Assembly: GCA_009923445.1 (NCBI GenBank)
Contig: RFTN01000004.1
Location: 2,438-66,437 of the forward strand
Direction of reading: 5' to 3'
DNA length: 64,000 bases
DNA from: a bacterium
Lineage (GTDB): Bacteria; Patescibacteriota; Saccharimonadia; Saccharimonadales; SZUA-47
Of the stretch, positions 42,381-50,728 are shown piece after piece. The notes under the pieces were generated by a model. It was not told the origin of the DNA, made no database searches, and saw nothing but the letters and a program-made list of their open reading frames with translations. The stretch's first letter is position 1; each line of letters starts with the position of its first letter. A program made the translations under genes and the position numbers.

Positions 42381-43127
42381 ATGCCAAAGCAAAAAGCCGA
42401 TCAATACAATGACCCAACACACAATTATTTACGCTATTGGGATGGTCGCGACTACGAGCACGCAGCCGAAGAAGTCGCTATAAGACGCCTACTAAAAAAT
42501 CGAACCTTTAAGCACGCTGTTGATGTTGGCGGTGGTTATGGGCGTATCTGTCCAATACTTAAAGACTATTCAGATCAAGTCACTTTGGCTGAGCCTTCTC
42601 AACAACAGCTCGACATTGGTAAAGACTTTTTAAAGGGTAAAAAAGGTATAGATATGGTGTTGGCGCAAGCTGCCGAACTGCCATTTAAAGATGCTAGCAT
42701 AGACCTTGTAACTGTTTTTAGGGTCATACATCACATACCCGACCCAGCCGAAGAATTTGCCGAAATCGCACGTATACTTGAGCCAAACGGTTATTTACTT
42801 ATAGAGTTTGCTAATTATTCTAATGCCAAAAACCGTGTAAAACATGCCGTTAAATTTAAGCGCATGCCACACGAACCAGTAGACATACGCACCAAAGACA
42901 GCGACATTCCATTCGTAAACCATAACCCACACACAGTACGCAAACAACTTGCTCACGCTGGGCTACAGGTTGAAAAAGTATTGTCTGTAAGTAACCTTAG
43001 GTCGCCTCGTATTAAAAAATTACTTAGCAAAAAAAGTCTTGTTAACCTTGAGAAGGCTATGCAGGTTCCGCTTGCACATGCCTATTTTGGGCCGAGTACG
43101 GTATATCTACTTCGCAAGCGCGTGTAG
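42381..43127 (+). CDS. class I SAM-dependent methyltransferase
   Basis: Motif I 'VDVGGGYGR' and 'FRVIHHIPDP'. Confidence 0.75.
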   Translation: MPKQKADQYNDPTHNYLRYWDGRDYEHAAEEVAIRRLLKNRTFKHAVDVGGGYGRICPILKDYSDQVTLAEPSQQQLDIGKDFLKGKKGIDMVLAQAAELPFKDASIDLVTVFRVIHHIPDPAEEFAEIARILEPNGYLLIEFANYSNAKNRVKHAVKFKRMPHEPVDIRTKDSDIPFVNHNPHTVRKQLAHAGLQVEKVLSVSNLRSPRIKKLLSKKSLVNLEKAMQVPLAHAYFGPSTVYLLRKRV

Positions 43128-43139
43128 TACACTGCATAA

Positions 43140-44699
43140 GTGAGCACGTCACTAAGATACATAAAAGGGGTGGGTCAAGCGCAAGAGCGCTTATTTGCTG
43201 TGCTTGGCGTCACTACTGTAGAAGAGCTTATTGCCTATGTGCCTAGGGCGTATAACGATTATTCAGACGTACAAAAAATCGCTCAACTAAAACCTGGTAT
43301 TGTTACATTGCAGGTAACATTTAGTAACATTACAGCGCGTTATGTCAGGCGTGGTCTGCACATTACCGAAGCTCTCGCAAGCGACGAATCGGGTAGTGTA
43401 AAAATTGTATGGTTTAATCAGCCGTTCCGCAAAACACAGCTAGTCGCAAATACACAGTACTTTTTAAGTGGCGAATTTGGCTTAAGTCGTCAGCGTATGA
43501 GTATTGTTAGTCCTGTAGTTGAGCGTGCCGATAATCTTCCTATTCACACCGCCCGTATTGTGCCAATTTACCGCGAAACTAAAGGTTTAAATTCTGCGTC
43601 AATACGCAAGGCGGTTAATGCGGCATTTTTACAGGCCGACCGTGTAAGCGAAACATTACCACAGTGCGATTCAGTCGTATTGTTGACGGGTTCGCTTAAA
43701 CCTGCCCAAAAGCGCCAAGCGCACGAAGCATTACAGCAGGGTAGTGCAAAACTCGCAGTTGGTACACACGCCTTGATTACAGATAAAGTTGCAATACATA
43801 ACTTGGGCCTTGTTATTGTCGACGAGCAACATCGTTTTGGCGTAGATCAGCGCAAAAAATTACAAAGCAAAGCCAAAAGCATGCCGCACGTGCTACATAT
43901 GACAGCAACGCCTATTCCACGCACACTCGCGCTTACGTTATATGGTGAGCTAGATATATCTATTATTGGCGTTATGCCCCTTGGTCGTTTGCCAATAAAA
44001 ACTACTATAGTGTCGCCAAATTCTAGAGCTAACATGTATAAACATGTGTTGCAGCGCCTACTGTTGGGCGAGCAAGTATTTGTTGTGTGTCCGCTTATTA
44101 CCGAAAGCGACATGCTACAGGCGCCATCTGCCGAGAATGTGTACAAACTAATGGCAAAACAGTTTAAAGACCACAGCGTAGGGTTATTGCACGGCAAGCT
44201 AAAAGCTGACCAAAAAGAAGCTATTATGCAGCAGTTTATAGACGGCAAATTAGATATTTTAGTCGCTACTACTGTCATAGAAGTGGGCGTTAACGTACCC
44301 AACGCAACAATTATGATCATAGAAGGTGCAGACAGGTTTGGTTTGGCACAGATGCATCAGTTACGCGGGCGAGTGGGCAGGTCAAATCAACAGGGACACT
44401 GTTATGTTATACCAAGCGACTCTAAGGCTCCTAGTGCGCGGTTGCGGGCATTTGCTAGCACCAATAACGGCTTTACACTGTCCGAACTCGATCTAAAACT
44501 ACGTGGACCCGGAGCGTTATACGGCACAATGCAGTCGGGCGCTTTAGACTTACGAGTAGCCACGTTATCTGACACAAAACTAATAGCCGCTGCAAGGGCA
44601 GGGGCCGAAGAATTTATCTCTAAAGATGAAAATCTGCTACACTACCCAGTAGTAGCAGAACACGTATCACGCATACGCACAATTACAAACTTAAATTAA
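43140..44699 (+). CDS. recG: ATP-dependent DNA helicase RecG, lacking helicase motifs I/Ia
   Basis: The wedge domain, 'VGTHAL', 'DEQHRFGV', 'MTATPIPRTLA' and 'QLRGRVGRS' are present. No GxGKT Walker A occurs anywhere in the protein. At 519 aa it is about 100+ aa short. Confidence 0.85.
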   Translation: MSTSLRYIKGVGQAQERLFAVLGVTTVEELIAYVPRAYNDYSDVQKIAQLKPGIVTLQVTFSNITARYVRRGLHITEALASDESGSVKIVWFNQPFRKTQLVANTQYFLSGEFGLSRQRMSIVSPVVERADNLPIHTARIVPIYRETKGLNSASIRKAVNAAFLQADRVSETLPQCDSVVLLTGSLKPAQKRQAHEALQQGSAKLAVGTHALITDKVAIHNLGLVIVDEQHRFGVDQRKKLQSKAKSMPHVLHMTATPIPRTLALTLYGELDISIIGVMPLGRLPIKTTIVSPNSRANMYKHVLQRLLLGEQVFVVCPLITESDMLQAPSAENVYKLMAKQFKDHSVGLLHGKLKADQKEAIMQQFIDGKLDILVATTVIEVGVNVPNATIMIIEGADRFGLAQMHQLRGRVGRSNQQGHCYVIPSDSKAPSARLRAFASTNNGFTLSELDLKLRGPGALYGTMQSGALDLRVATLSDTKLIAAARAGAEEFISKDENLLHYPVVAEHVSRIRTITNLN

Positions 44700-44705
44700 A
44701 ACTTC

Positions 44706-45527
44706 GTGTATTCAGGAACAACATTTACCAATGCATCTGGTGCTATACTTGGTGCGCATCAAAAAATTGATCGCGTCGCCTATAAACATTTGCAAAAAAT
44801 TACATCATCAATGCACGGGTTCCCAACTTTAAAACAAGTATTATATTTTGAGGGTAAAAATGGTCCCGATGGCATTAAACGCAAAAGCCCCGCGCGTGAC
44901 GAACCATGGCATTTTTATAATCCTTTTGATGACGATGATACCGAGTTAATAGGTTATATTACTCGCCATTACGACGAACTTGTGGCTGAGCTTAAAAAGG
45001 GCAACATGGAACGTGCAGCGTTTAATGCAGCCTGGCTCGCACATTCAATAGTCGATGGCCTTACGCCAGCACACCATTTTCCGTACGAAGAAAAAATCAG
45101 CGAACTGCGTGGTGAAGGAATCGAAAGTCGCACTACCATTAAAGACAAGTTACTAATACCTGGCGATACAATTGCAGAAACAATTAAAAAAAACTGGGCA
45201 ATATGGGGAAGTGGTGGTGTTATGAGTATGCACGTCATGTTTGAAATGGGCGTAGCGATTATGTTGGCGCCACTATCGTTTCCTAAAGCGGTGCCATCTG
45301 AAGCAAACATTCAAAAAGTGACCGAAATCGGCTACGTGGAATGGTTCGAGCGGAGTGCTCGTGAAATAGCCTTACTAGATATGTATGACGGTTTTTACGA
45401 CAAAGGTTGGAACGTTAAAATGGCACGCCAAGTACGTAACCATTTAGGTCCGGTCATGATTAAAACGGTTTGCCTAGCTTGGTTTTGTGCTGCACGCGAC
45501 GCCGGCCTATTAAAGGGCAAAAAGTAA
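44706..45527 (+). CDS. hypothetical protein, possible zinc phospholipase C/P1-nuclease-like fold
   Basis: 'AWLAHSIVDGLTPAHHF' resembles the H-x3-D-x3-P-x-H zinc-site pattern of that family. GTG start. The assignment is weak. Confidence 0.4.
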   Translation: MYSGTTFTNASGAILGAHQKIDRVAYKHLQKITSSMHGFPTLKQVLYFEGKNGPDGIKRKSPARDEPWHFYNPFDDDDTELIGYITRHYDELVAELKKGNMERAAFNAAWLAHSIVDGLTPAHHFPYEEKISELRGEGIESRTTIKDKLLIPGDTIAETIKKNWAIWGSGGVMSMHVMFEMGVAIMLAPLSFPKAVPSEANIQKVTEIGYVEWFERSAREIALLDMYDGFYDKGWNVKMARQVRNHLGPVMIKTVCLAWFCAARDAGLLKGKK

Positions 45528-46060
45528 TGCGCATTGTTGCTGGCGATTTAAAAGGTCGTGTTTTAGCTGACCCAAAAAGCCATCGTACTCACCCAATGAG
45601 CGAGAAAATACGAGGCGCATTATTTAATGTGCTGGGCGAGCTTAGTGGCCTAACAGTTCTAGACGCCTTTACAGGAAGCGGTGCCATAGCCATAGAGGCT
45701 ATCAGCAGGGGTGCGGCACATGTAATGGCCATAGACTTAGATATTGATGCTTACAAATGCGCTGCAGCCAATGTAGCAAGCTTAAAACTTAACGACAAAA
45801 TTACAGTGTTACGCACAAATGCCAAGTCGTGGAGCAACGGCCATCTAGATAAACTGTACGATATTGTTATTGCCGACCCACCCTTTGACGTCGTAAATGA
45901 TGCGCTGCTCGAGAAGATTGCTCGACACACAAAACAAGAAGGACTGTTTGTTATATCTATACCAAGTAACTACATAGCGCGTAAAAATCCTCATTTTAAT
46001 GAACTTCTAAAAAAAGAGTACGGCGACGCCACTCTTGTATTTTATAAACGAATATGTTAA
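45527..46060 (+). CDS. rsmD: 16S rRNA (guanine966-N2)-methyltransferase RsmD
   Basis: Starts 'MRIVAGDLKGRVL'. Contains 'LDAFTGSGAIAIEA' and the 'DPPF' motif. TAATG overlap with the upstream gene. Confidence 0.85.
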   Translation: MRIVAGDLKGRVLADPKSHRTHPMSEKIRGALFNVLGELSGLTVLDAFTGSGAIAIEAISRGAAHVMAIDLDIDAYKCAAANVASLKLNDKITVLRTNAKSWSNGHLDKLYDIVIADPPFDVVNDALLEKIARHTKQEGLFVISIPSNYIARKNPHFNELLKKEYGDATLVFYKRIC

Positions 46061-46079
46061 TAATGTGGTATAATGGGGT

Positions 46080-46664
46080 GTGGATAACTTTTTACCAGAT
46101 CATACTATAGATCAAATCATCACAAGTCAGCTGCATGAGAAGGATGTTGAATTTGATAGTAGGCGGCAAGCAAATAATCATTTAGATTTAGGTTACCAAG
46201 AGACTGAGTCACAGTTACGCGCACCTATTTTAAATGCCTTCAGTAAATTGTTGTTTTCAAAAAATATCGAAGTAGATTTTATAATACCCATGCCAGGTAG
46301 TGCCGTAGGCTGGATAGAAGCATTTAACAAGCTACGAGTATATTCACCCGAGATTATTTCATTGCGTAAGGTAACCCGGAGAAAATTTGAATTAATAGAT
46401 GATATAGATGAGAGTAAGTATGCTAATAAGCAAGGAATAGTGTTTGATGATACAACTATTGATGGTGGCTCGGGCGAAGCTGCGGCAGACTATTTAACTG
46501 ATAGTAAATTTGCGATCACCGCCATAGTTTCATTATTTGTCAGGGGCGAACAGCTAGCAAAAAGTAGCTATCCAAGATTTTGTATAGCGCATCGTCTTAT
46601 ACCCTCAAATCTAGACTGGAAAAAATTTAGACAACAGGGTAAAATAGAGCAGTTAAGATCCTAG
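46080..46664 (+). CDS. phosphoribosyltransferase-like protein
   Basis: 'GIVFDDTTIDGGSGEAA' resembles the PRPP-binding loop of type I PRTases. GTG start. The assignment is weak. Confidence 0.4.
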   Translation: MDNFLPDHTIDQIITSQLHEKDVEFDSRRQANNHLDLGYQETESQLRAPILNAFSKLLFSKNIEVDFIIPMPGSAVGWIEAFNKLRVYSPEIISLRKVTRRKFELIDDIDESKYANKQGIVFDDTTIDGGSGEAAADYLTDSKFAITAIVSLFVRGEQLAKSSYPRFCIAHRLIPSNLDWKKFRQQGKIEQLRS

Positions 46665-46667
46665 TTA

Positions 46668-46751
46668 GCGCGAGTGGTGGAATGGTAGACACGCATGCCT
46701 TAGGAGCATGTGCCGCAAGGTGTGAAGGTTCAAGTCCTTTCTCGCGCACCA
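46668..46751 (+). tRNA. tRNA-Leu (anticodon UAG), type II with long variable arm, CCA encoded
   Basis: Manual fold: acceptor GCGCGAG/CTCGCGC, D arm GTGG-AATGGTAGA-CACG, anticodon stem CATGC/GCATG with loop CTTAGGA, variable arm TGCCGCAAGGTGT, T arm GAAGG-TTCAAGT-CCTTT, then A-CCA. It is colinear with E. coli tRNA-Leu. Confidence 0.9.
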
Positions 46752-46760
46752 AAACAATAT

Positions 46761-46790
46761 GCCGACCTTTTTGGTCGGCTTGTTGTTTTG
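46761..46790 (+). terminator. rho-independent terminator after tRNA-Leu
   Basis: Hairpin 'gccgacc ttttt ggtcggc' followed by the T-rich tract 'ttgttgtttt'. Confidence 0.7.
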
Positions 46791-46811
46791 TCGCAAAAAG
46801 ACTTGAACCGT

Positions 46812-46906
46812 AGGGGAGTAGTGCCAGTGGCACTACGAGTAGGAGCGTCACTTGAAAACTTGTTTTCAAAGCAAGCGACGATTCTCAAGTCCTTTCTCGC
46901 GCACCA
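46812..46906 (+). repeat. structured repeat element E1, ending in a duplicate of the tRNA-Leu 3' end
   Basis: The order is 'aggggag', hairpin H1 'gtagtgcc agt ggcactac' (46818-46836), hairpin H3 'ttgaaaac tt gttttcaa' (46852-46869), 'agca', then 'tcaagtcctttctcgcgcacca'. It is homologous to the elements at 52903 and 58385. Confidence 0.7.
46885..46906 (+). repeat. 22-bp direct repeat of tRNA-Leu 3' end (att-like)
   Basis: 'tcaagtcctttctcgcgcacca' is identical to 46730-46751 (half of the T loop, the T-stem 3' strand, the acceptor 3' strand and CCA). Confidence 0.9.
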
Positions 46907-46923
46907 ATTTGACCTAGGTTTGA

Positions 46924-47784
46924 TTAGTTTGTAATTTGGGCAAAAATTAGAACCATTGTTACTACAAAGCCCGTAAACAAGTTTAGCCAAATAAAACGCC
47001 TCCAGGCACGGTTTGTTTTAAACGACTCTTTTTCAGAAACAAATAAGAATTTTTGTATGTTTATTGCATACAGTAAACCGCATAGTGCTATAACTAAGCC
47101 GCCAGTGTTTTGCGCCGCAATTATTACGGCCGCTACTATATACAACACAAAAGCAAACCGCACAGTAGTGGCTGCACCAAGCACAGTTGCTATAGATGCT
47201 ATGTTGGCCTTTTTGTCAGGAATAATATCTTGTACGGCACCAAATGCATGACTGGCCATTCCCCAAAGAAAAAACGCAGCCACAAAAGGCCATGCCGACG
47301 ATGGCCAATGCAGTAGCGAAATCGCATAAACAAGCGGACCCACAAAATGTATGCTACTGGTTATAGAGTCTAGCACGGGCCGTTCTTTAAAACGCAAATA
47401 TGCAACAGAGTAAGCCAACACAAAAAAAGTAAGAGCCAGCAGCACCAAGGCGGGCACAAGCCCCTGTGTAGCTAACAGTATCGCCAAAATAGGCACGTTA
47501 GTTATAACACAGGCCTTAATAATAGTAGGGTGAAACTGCTTTTGTTCGCGCATGCCCTCTATGCCGCCCTTGCGCGGGTTGCGTATATCTGACTCGTAAT
47601 CAAACACGTCGTTAACGCCGTACATTAGCAAGTTATAGGGGAACAAAAAATACAAAGTAGCTAGCAGCCACACGGCCGAATTGCTACCGCCGCACACTAC
47701 ATAACCAGCCGCAAAAGGGTAGGCTGTGTTTGGCCAAGAAATCGGCCGAGATACAAGAACTAATTTACGTAGAGTGTTTATCAT
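46924..47784 (-). CDS. crtEb: UbiA-family prenyltransferase, lycopene elongase-like
   Basis: Polytopic membrane protein with the UbiA Asp-rich motif 'NDVFDYESD'. It is the last gene of the crt operon, with an ATGA overlap with crtYf. Confidence 0.8.
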   Translation of the reverse strand: MINTLRKLVLVSRPISWPNTAYPFAAGYVVCGGSNSAVWLLATLYFLFPYNLLMYGVNDVFDYESDIRNPRKGGIEGMREQKQFHPTIIKACVITNVPILAILLATQGLVPALVLLALTFFVLAYSVAYLRFKERPVLDSITSSIHFVGPLVYAISLLHWPSSAWPFVAAFFLWGMASHAFGAVQDIIPDKKANIASIATVLGAATTVRFAFVLYIVAAVIIAAQNTGGLVIALCGLLYAINIQKFLFVSEKESFKTNRAWRRFIWLNLFTGFVVTMVLIFAQITN

Positions 47785-48119
47785 GATCGCTTGTCTTTGC
47801 TGGCAAATTTATTCCAAAGCGATGGCACTAGTATAGCCGCTATTACCGCATAAAAGAAATCTTCAATAGGGGCCTTACCTACATAAATACCTAGTATTTT
47901 AGAAGTGTCGTAGTCGCAGATTTTTAATGCAACAATTAGTGAGTCGAATATAGTAGTTAGTACCAGCAAACTTATAAACGTATATAGCCACGCTTTTGAG
48001 GGCTTTTTAACACGTATGCTAAACAGTAAAACAACTAGTAGCACAACGATTATGTTAAATACTAGGTACGTTTGCATACACGACTCCAGCCCGTATAAAG
48101 CACCAACGACACATAGCAC
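47781..48119 (-). CDS. crtYf: heterodimeric carotenoid cyclase subunit (small membrane protein)
   Basis: A ~100-aa, 3-TM protein with 'PIEDFFY', typical of small lycopene/C50 cyclase subunits. The likely true start is ATG at 48077. Confidence 0.7.
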   Translation of the reverse strand: MLCVVGALYGLESCMQTYLVFNIIVVLLVVLLFSIRVKKPSKAWLYTFISLLVLTTIFDSLIVALKICDYDTSKILGIYVGKAPIEDFFYAVIAAILVPSLWNKFASKDKRS

Positions 48120-48382
48120 AACAAAAATAAGAAGAACAATTCTTCAATAGGGAACTCGGGGGCGATTCTAATCGGCAGCGTATATTTGCTGCCACCATGA
48201 AAAAATATTCCAAGTGCTATACCCAGTACATCCCAAACTATAAAAACTAGCATGGTAATACCTAGTGTTTTGTAAGTTCTTTTTTTATCAAACCAAAAAG
48301 CAAGCTTATATTTTTTATCTAGCACTAACATGCCAGAAATACTTACCAGCAGCGCCAAAAGGTAGTAGAACTGTTCAATCAT
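48062..48382 (-). CDS. crtYe: heterodimeric carotenoid cyclase subunit (small membrane protein)
   Basis: A 106-aa, 3-TM protein with the 'PIEELFF' motif. Its start overlaps the crtI stop. Confidence 0.7.
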   Translation of the reverse strand: MIEQFYYLLALLVSISGMLVLDKKYKLAFWFDKKRTYKTLGITMLVFIVWDVLGIALGIFFHGGSKYTLPIRIAPEFPIEELFFLFLLCYVSLVLYTGWSRVCKRT

Positions 48383-49898
48383 GGCTGTCTACTAACCTTT
48401 CAATACTAGCAACTTGACCACCTTTTTTATTGCCCGCAATGCGCTTGTATACAAGCTCGGCACCTATGAGGCACATTGGCAGGCCAACACCTGGTACTGT
48501 GTTGCCGCCGACATAATAGAGGTTAGAGAGTTTACGACTTTTGTTGGGGGTTCTAAAAAATGCACTTTGTTTTAAAAGATGCGACTGACCAAGCATTGAA
48601 TTTTGCCATGAGTTAAACGCGCTGCCAAAATCGTTGGGGCCAAATAGGCGCTTTGTTTTAAGTCTATTTACTAAATCAACTCCTGTCATAACAGCTATTT
48701 GCTCAATATAGTGGTTGCTAAGCGACTCAAGATCGGCATCGTTAATGTCAATACTAGCCGGCAGGGGGACAAGTACAAAAACGTTTTCGCAGCCTTTGGG
48801 TGCAACTGCAGGATCTGTTTTGCTTGGCGTCGATATATAAATAGAGGCTTTTTTAGGAATAGTTTTAGTCGTGTAAATTGCATCAAAGTTATGTTGCCAT
48901 TCGTCAACAAACAATAAATTGTGATGTTCGAATTCAGGAATTTTTCCGCTTACGCCTAAGTACATTAGCAGTGCGCTTGGCCCGGGTTGCTTTTTCTTCC
49001 AATAGCTTGCATCAAAACTACGATCTTGTTTTTTAAGTAGCTTTGTTTCTGTATAATGCATATCTGCATTCGAAACTACAATATCCGCCTTAACAATACT
49101 GTCATTTTCAAGTTGCACGGCCGTAGCCTTACCCTCGCTTGATTGTATTGCGCTTACAGGGCTATTGTAGTGGTAGGTTACCGATAGTTTTTTACTCATT
49201 GCAACTAAACTTTGTATTATTGTGTAAATTCCGCCTTTGGGGTAAAAAACACCTTCTTTAAAATCAAGCGCACTCATTAGGCTGTATAGAGCCGGCGCAC
49301 TAAAAGGCGATGTTCCTAAAAACACCATAGGGTATTCTAAAATTTGCTTTAATCGTTGGTCGCTAACATAAGACGACACATAAGAGTCTATAGAGCGAGT
49401 CGTCATGCGCAGCAGGCTTGGAGCATTTTTTAGTATGTCGGTGTGAGTTAAGTCGCTAAGCGTTTCGAAATTTGTGTATAAAAAGTGCTTTAGTGACATG
49501 CGGTACATATGTTCGGACTTTTTAACATATGACTCTAGGGCGGCACCGGCACCTTTTTCTATGTGCTCAAAGGTTGCTGAGTCAGTTGCTAGGTCGCTTG
49601 TAATTGTTATGGGAGCCTTAGCTTCAAAAAATACTTTATAGGCTGGGTCTAAACGCTTTAGGCTTAACCAGTCGTCGATATTTTCGTTAAGTAAACTAAA
49701 GTAGTGTGCAAATACTTCGGGCATTAAATACCACGACGGCCCACTATCAAAAATAAACCCGTCAAGTTCAATCAGGCCGGCTCGTCCTCCAGCAGTGGGG
49801 CCTTGCTCGTACACATGTACGTCGTAGCCAGCTTTTGCAAGCAAATTTGCTGTTGCTATGCCACCAATACCTGCGCCTATTACAATAACTTTACTCAC
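48375..49898 (-). CDS. crtI: phytoene desaturase
   Basis: FAD motif 'VIVIGAGIGGIATANLLAKAG' and C-terminal 'YYVGGNTVPGVGLPMCLIGA'. The GTG start at 49898 forms a GTGA overlap with the crtB stop. Confidence 0.9.
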   Translation of the reverse strand: MSKVIVIGAGIGGIATANLLAKAGYDVHVYEQGPTAGGRAGLIELDGFIFDSGPSWYLMPEVFAHYFSLLNENIDDWLSLKRLDPAYKVFFEAKAPITITSDLATDSATFEHIEKGAGAALESYVKKSEHMYRMSLKHFLYTNFETLSDLTHTDILKNAPSLLRMTTRSIDSYVSSYVSDQRLKQILEYPMVFLGTSPFSAPALYSLMSALDFKEGVFYPKGGIYTIIQSLVAMSKKLSVTYHYNSPVSAIQSSEGKATAVQLENDSIVKADIVVSNADMHYTETKLLKKQDRSFDASYWKKKQPGPSALLMYLGVSGKIPEFEHHNLLFVDEWQHNFDAIYTTKTIPKKASIYISTPSKTDPAVAPKGCENVFVLVPLPASIDINDADLESLSNHYIEQIAVMTGVDLVNRLKTKRLFGPNDFGSAFNSWQNSMLGQSHLLKQSAFFRTPNKSRKLSNLYYVGGNTVPGVGLPMCLIGAELVYKRIAGNKKGGQVASIERLVDSHD

Positions 49899-50725
49899 CT
49901 TATAAATACTCCGCTTATTAGTATCTTTGCAAGTAGCCAAAGTTTATAAAAACTATTCAGACGCACGCGTTCGGACTTAATAGTTGATAGTGTTGCAGCG
50001 TCTAGTTTTTTAAGTAGCTTGCTGTAATAAGCATAGCTTAAGCTCACCGCTTTTTTAGACGAACGGGGCAACGTATGCAGGGCTTTAGTGGCCGTTTTAA
50101 AGTCGCTGTATATGTCTGCCGCAACGGCCTGTTTAGCGGTATCGTCAAACGTGTCATAGCTATAACCCGGAAAATAAAAGCGTTTACGCACCGTGTAGTC
50201 ATTTTGAATATCTCGCAAAAAATTAACTTTTTGAAACGCTGAACCCAATGCCCGTGCACCATGCTCAAGGTTGTTGTACATAGTTTTGTCATTTAAGGTA
50301 AATACTTTTAAGCACAACAAGCCCACAACTTCGGCTGAGCCGTAAATGTACTTGTCGTAATCTTTTTTTGAATACGTCATGGGCTGCAGATCCATACGCA
50401 TACTGTCAAAAAAGGGCGTTATTAACGACCAGCTTATATCAAATTCTTTTACAGTTACTACAAAGCTTTGAATAATTGGGTTCGTGCTGTAGTTTCTTTT
50501 AACGGCGGTGCATAGTTCGGTCTCTAACTCGTCAAGCGCATCTTTTGCGGCTACACCTTGGTAGGTGTCTACAATTTCATCGGCTATTCGTACTAAGCCA
50601 TAAATTGCATATATATGCTTGCGAACGGGTTTTGCAAACAGCTTTGAGCTTAAGCCAAACGAACTACTATAACGCAGGGTCAGTAGCCGGCTTATTTGGT
50701 ACGAAACATCATTGTATAGGTCCAT
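49895..50725 (-). CDS. crtB: phytoene synthase
   Basis: Squalene/phytoene synthase motifs 'YGLVRIADEIVD', 'YIYGSAEVVGLL' and 'AFQKVNFLRDI'. Confidence 0.9.
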   Translation of the reverse strand: MDLYNDVSYQISRLLTLRYSSSFGLSSKLFAKPVRKHIYAIYGLVRIADEIVDTYQGVAAKDALDELETELCTAVKRNYSTNPIIQSFVVTVKEFDISWSLITPFFDSMRMDLQPMTYSKKDYDKYIYGSAEVVGLLCLKVFTLNDKTMYNNLEHGARALGSAFQKVNFLRDIQNDYTVRKRFYFPGYSYDTFDDTAKQAVAADIYSDFKTATKALHTLPRSSKKAVSLSYAYYSKLLKKLDAATLSTIKSERVRLNSFYKLWLLAKILISGVFIR

Positions 50726-50728
50726 AAT

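Noticed and set aside
45470-45526. Upstream extension of rsmD, and likewise 11974-12036 for uvrB and 15739-15756 for the gatA-gatB spacer gene.
   Set aside because: The conserved N-termini begin at the internal Met codons, and the extensions overlap the preceding genes.
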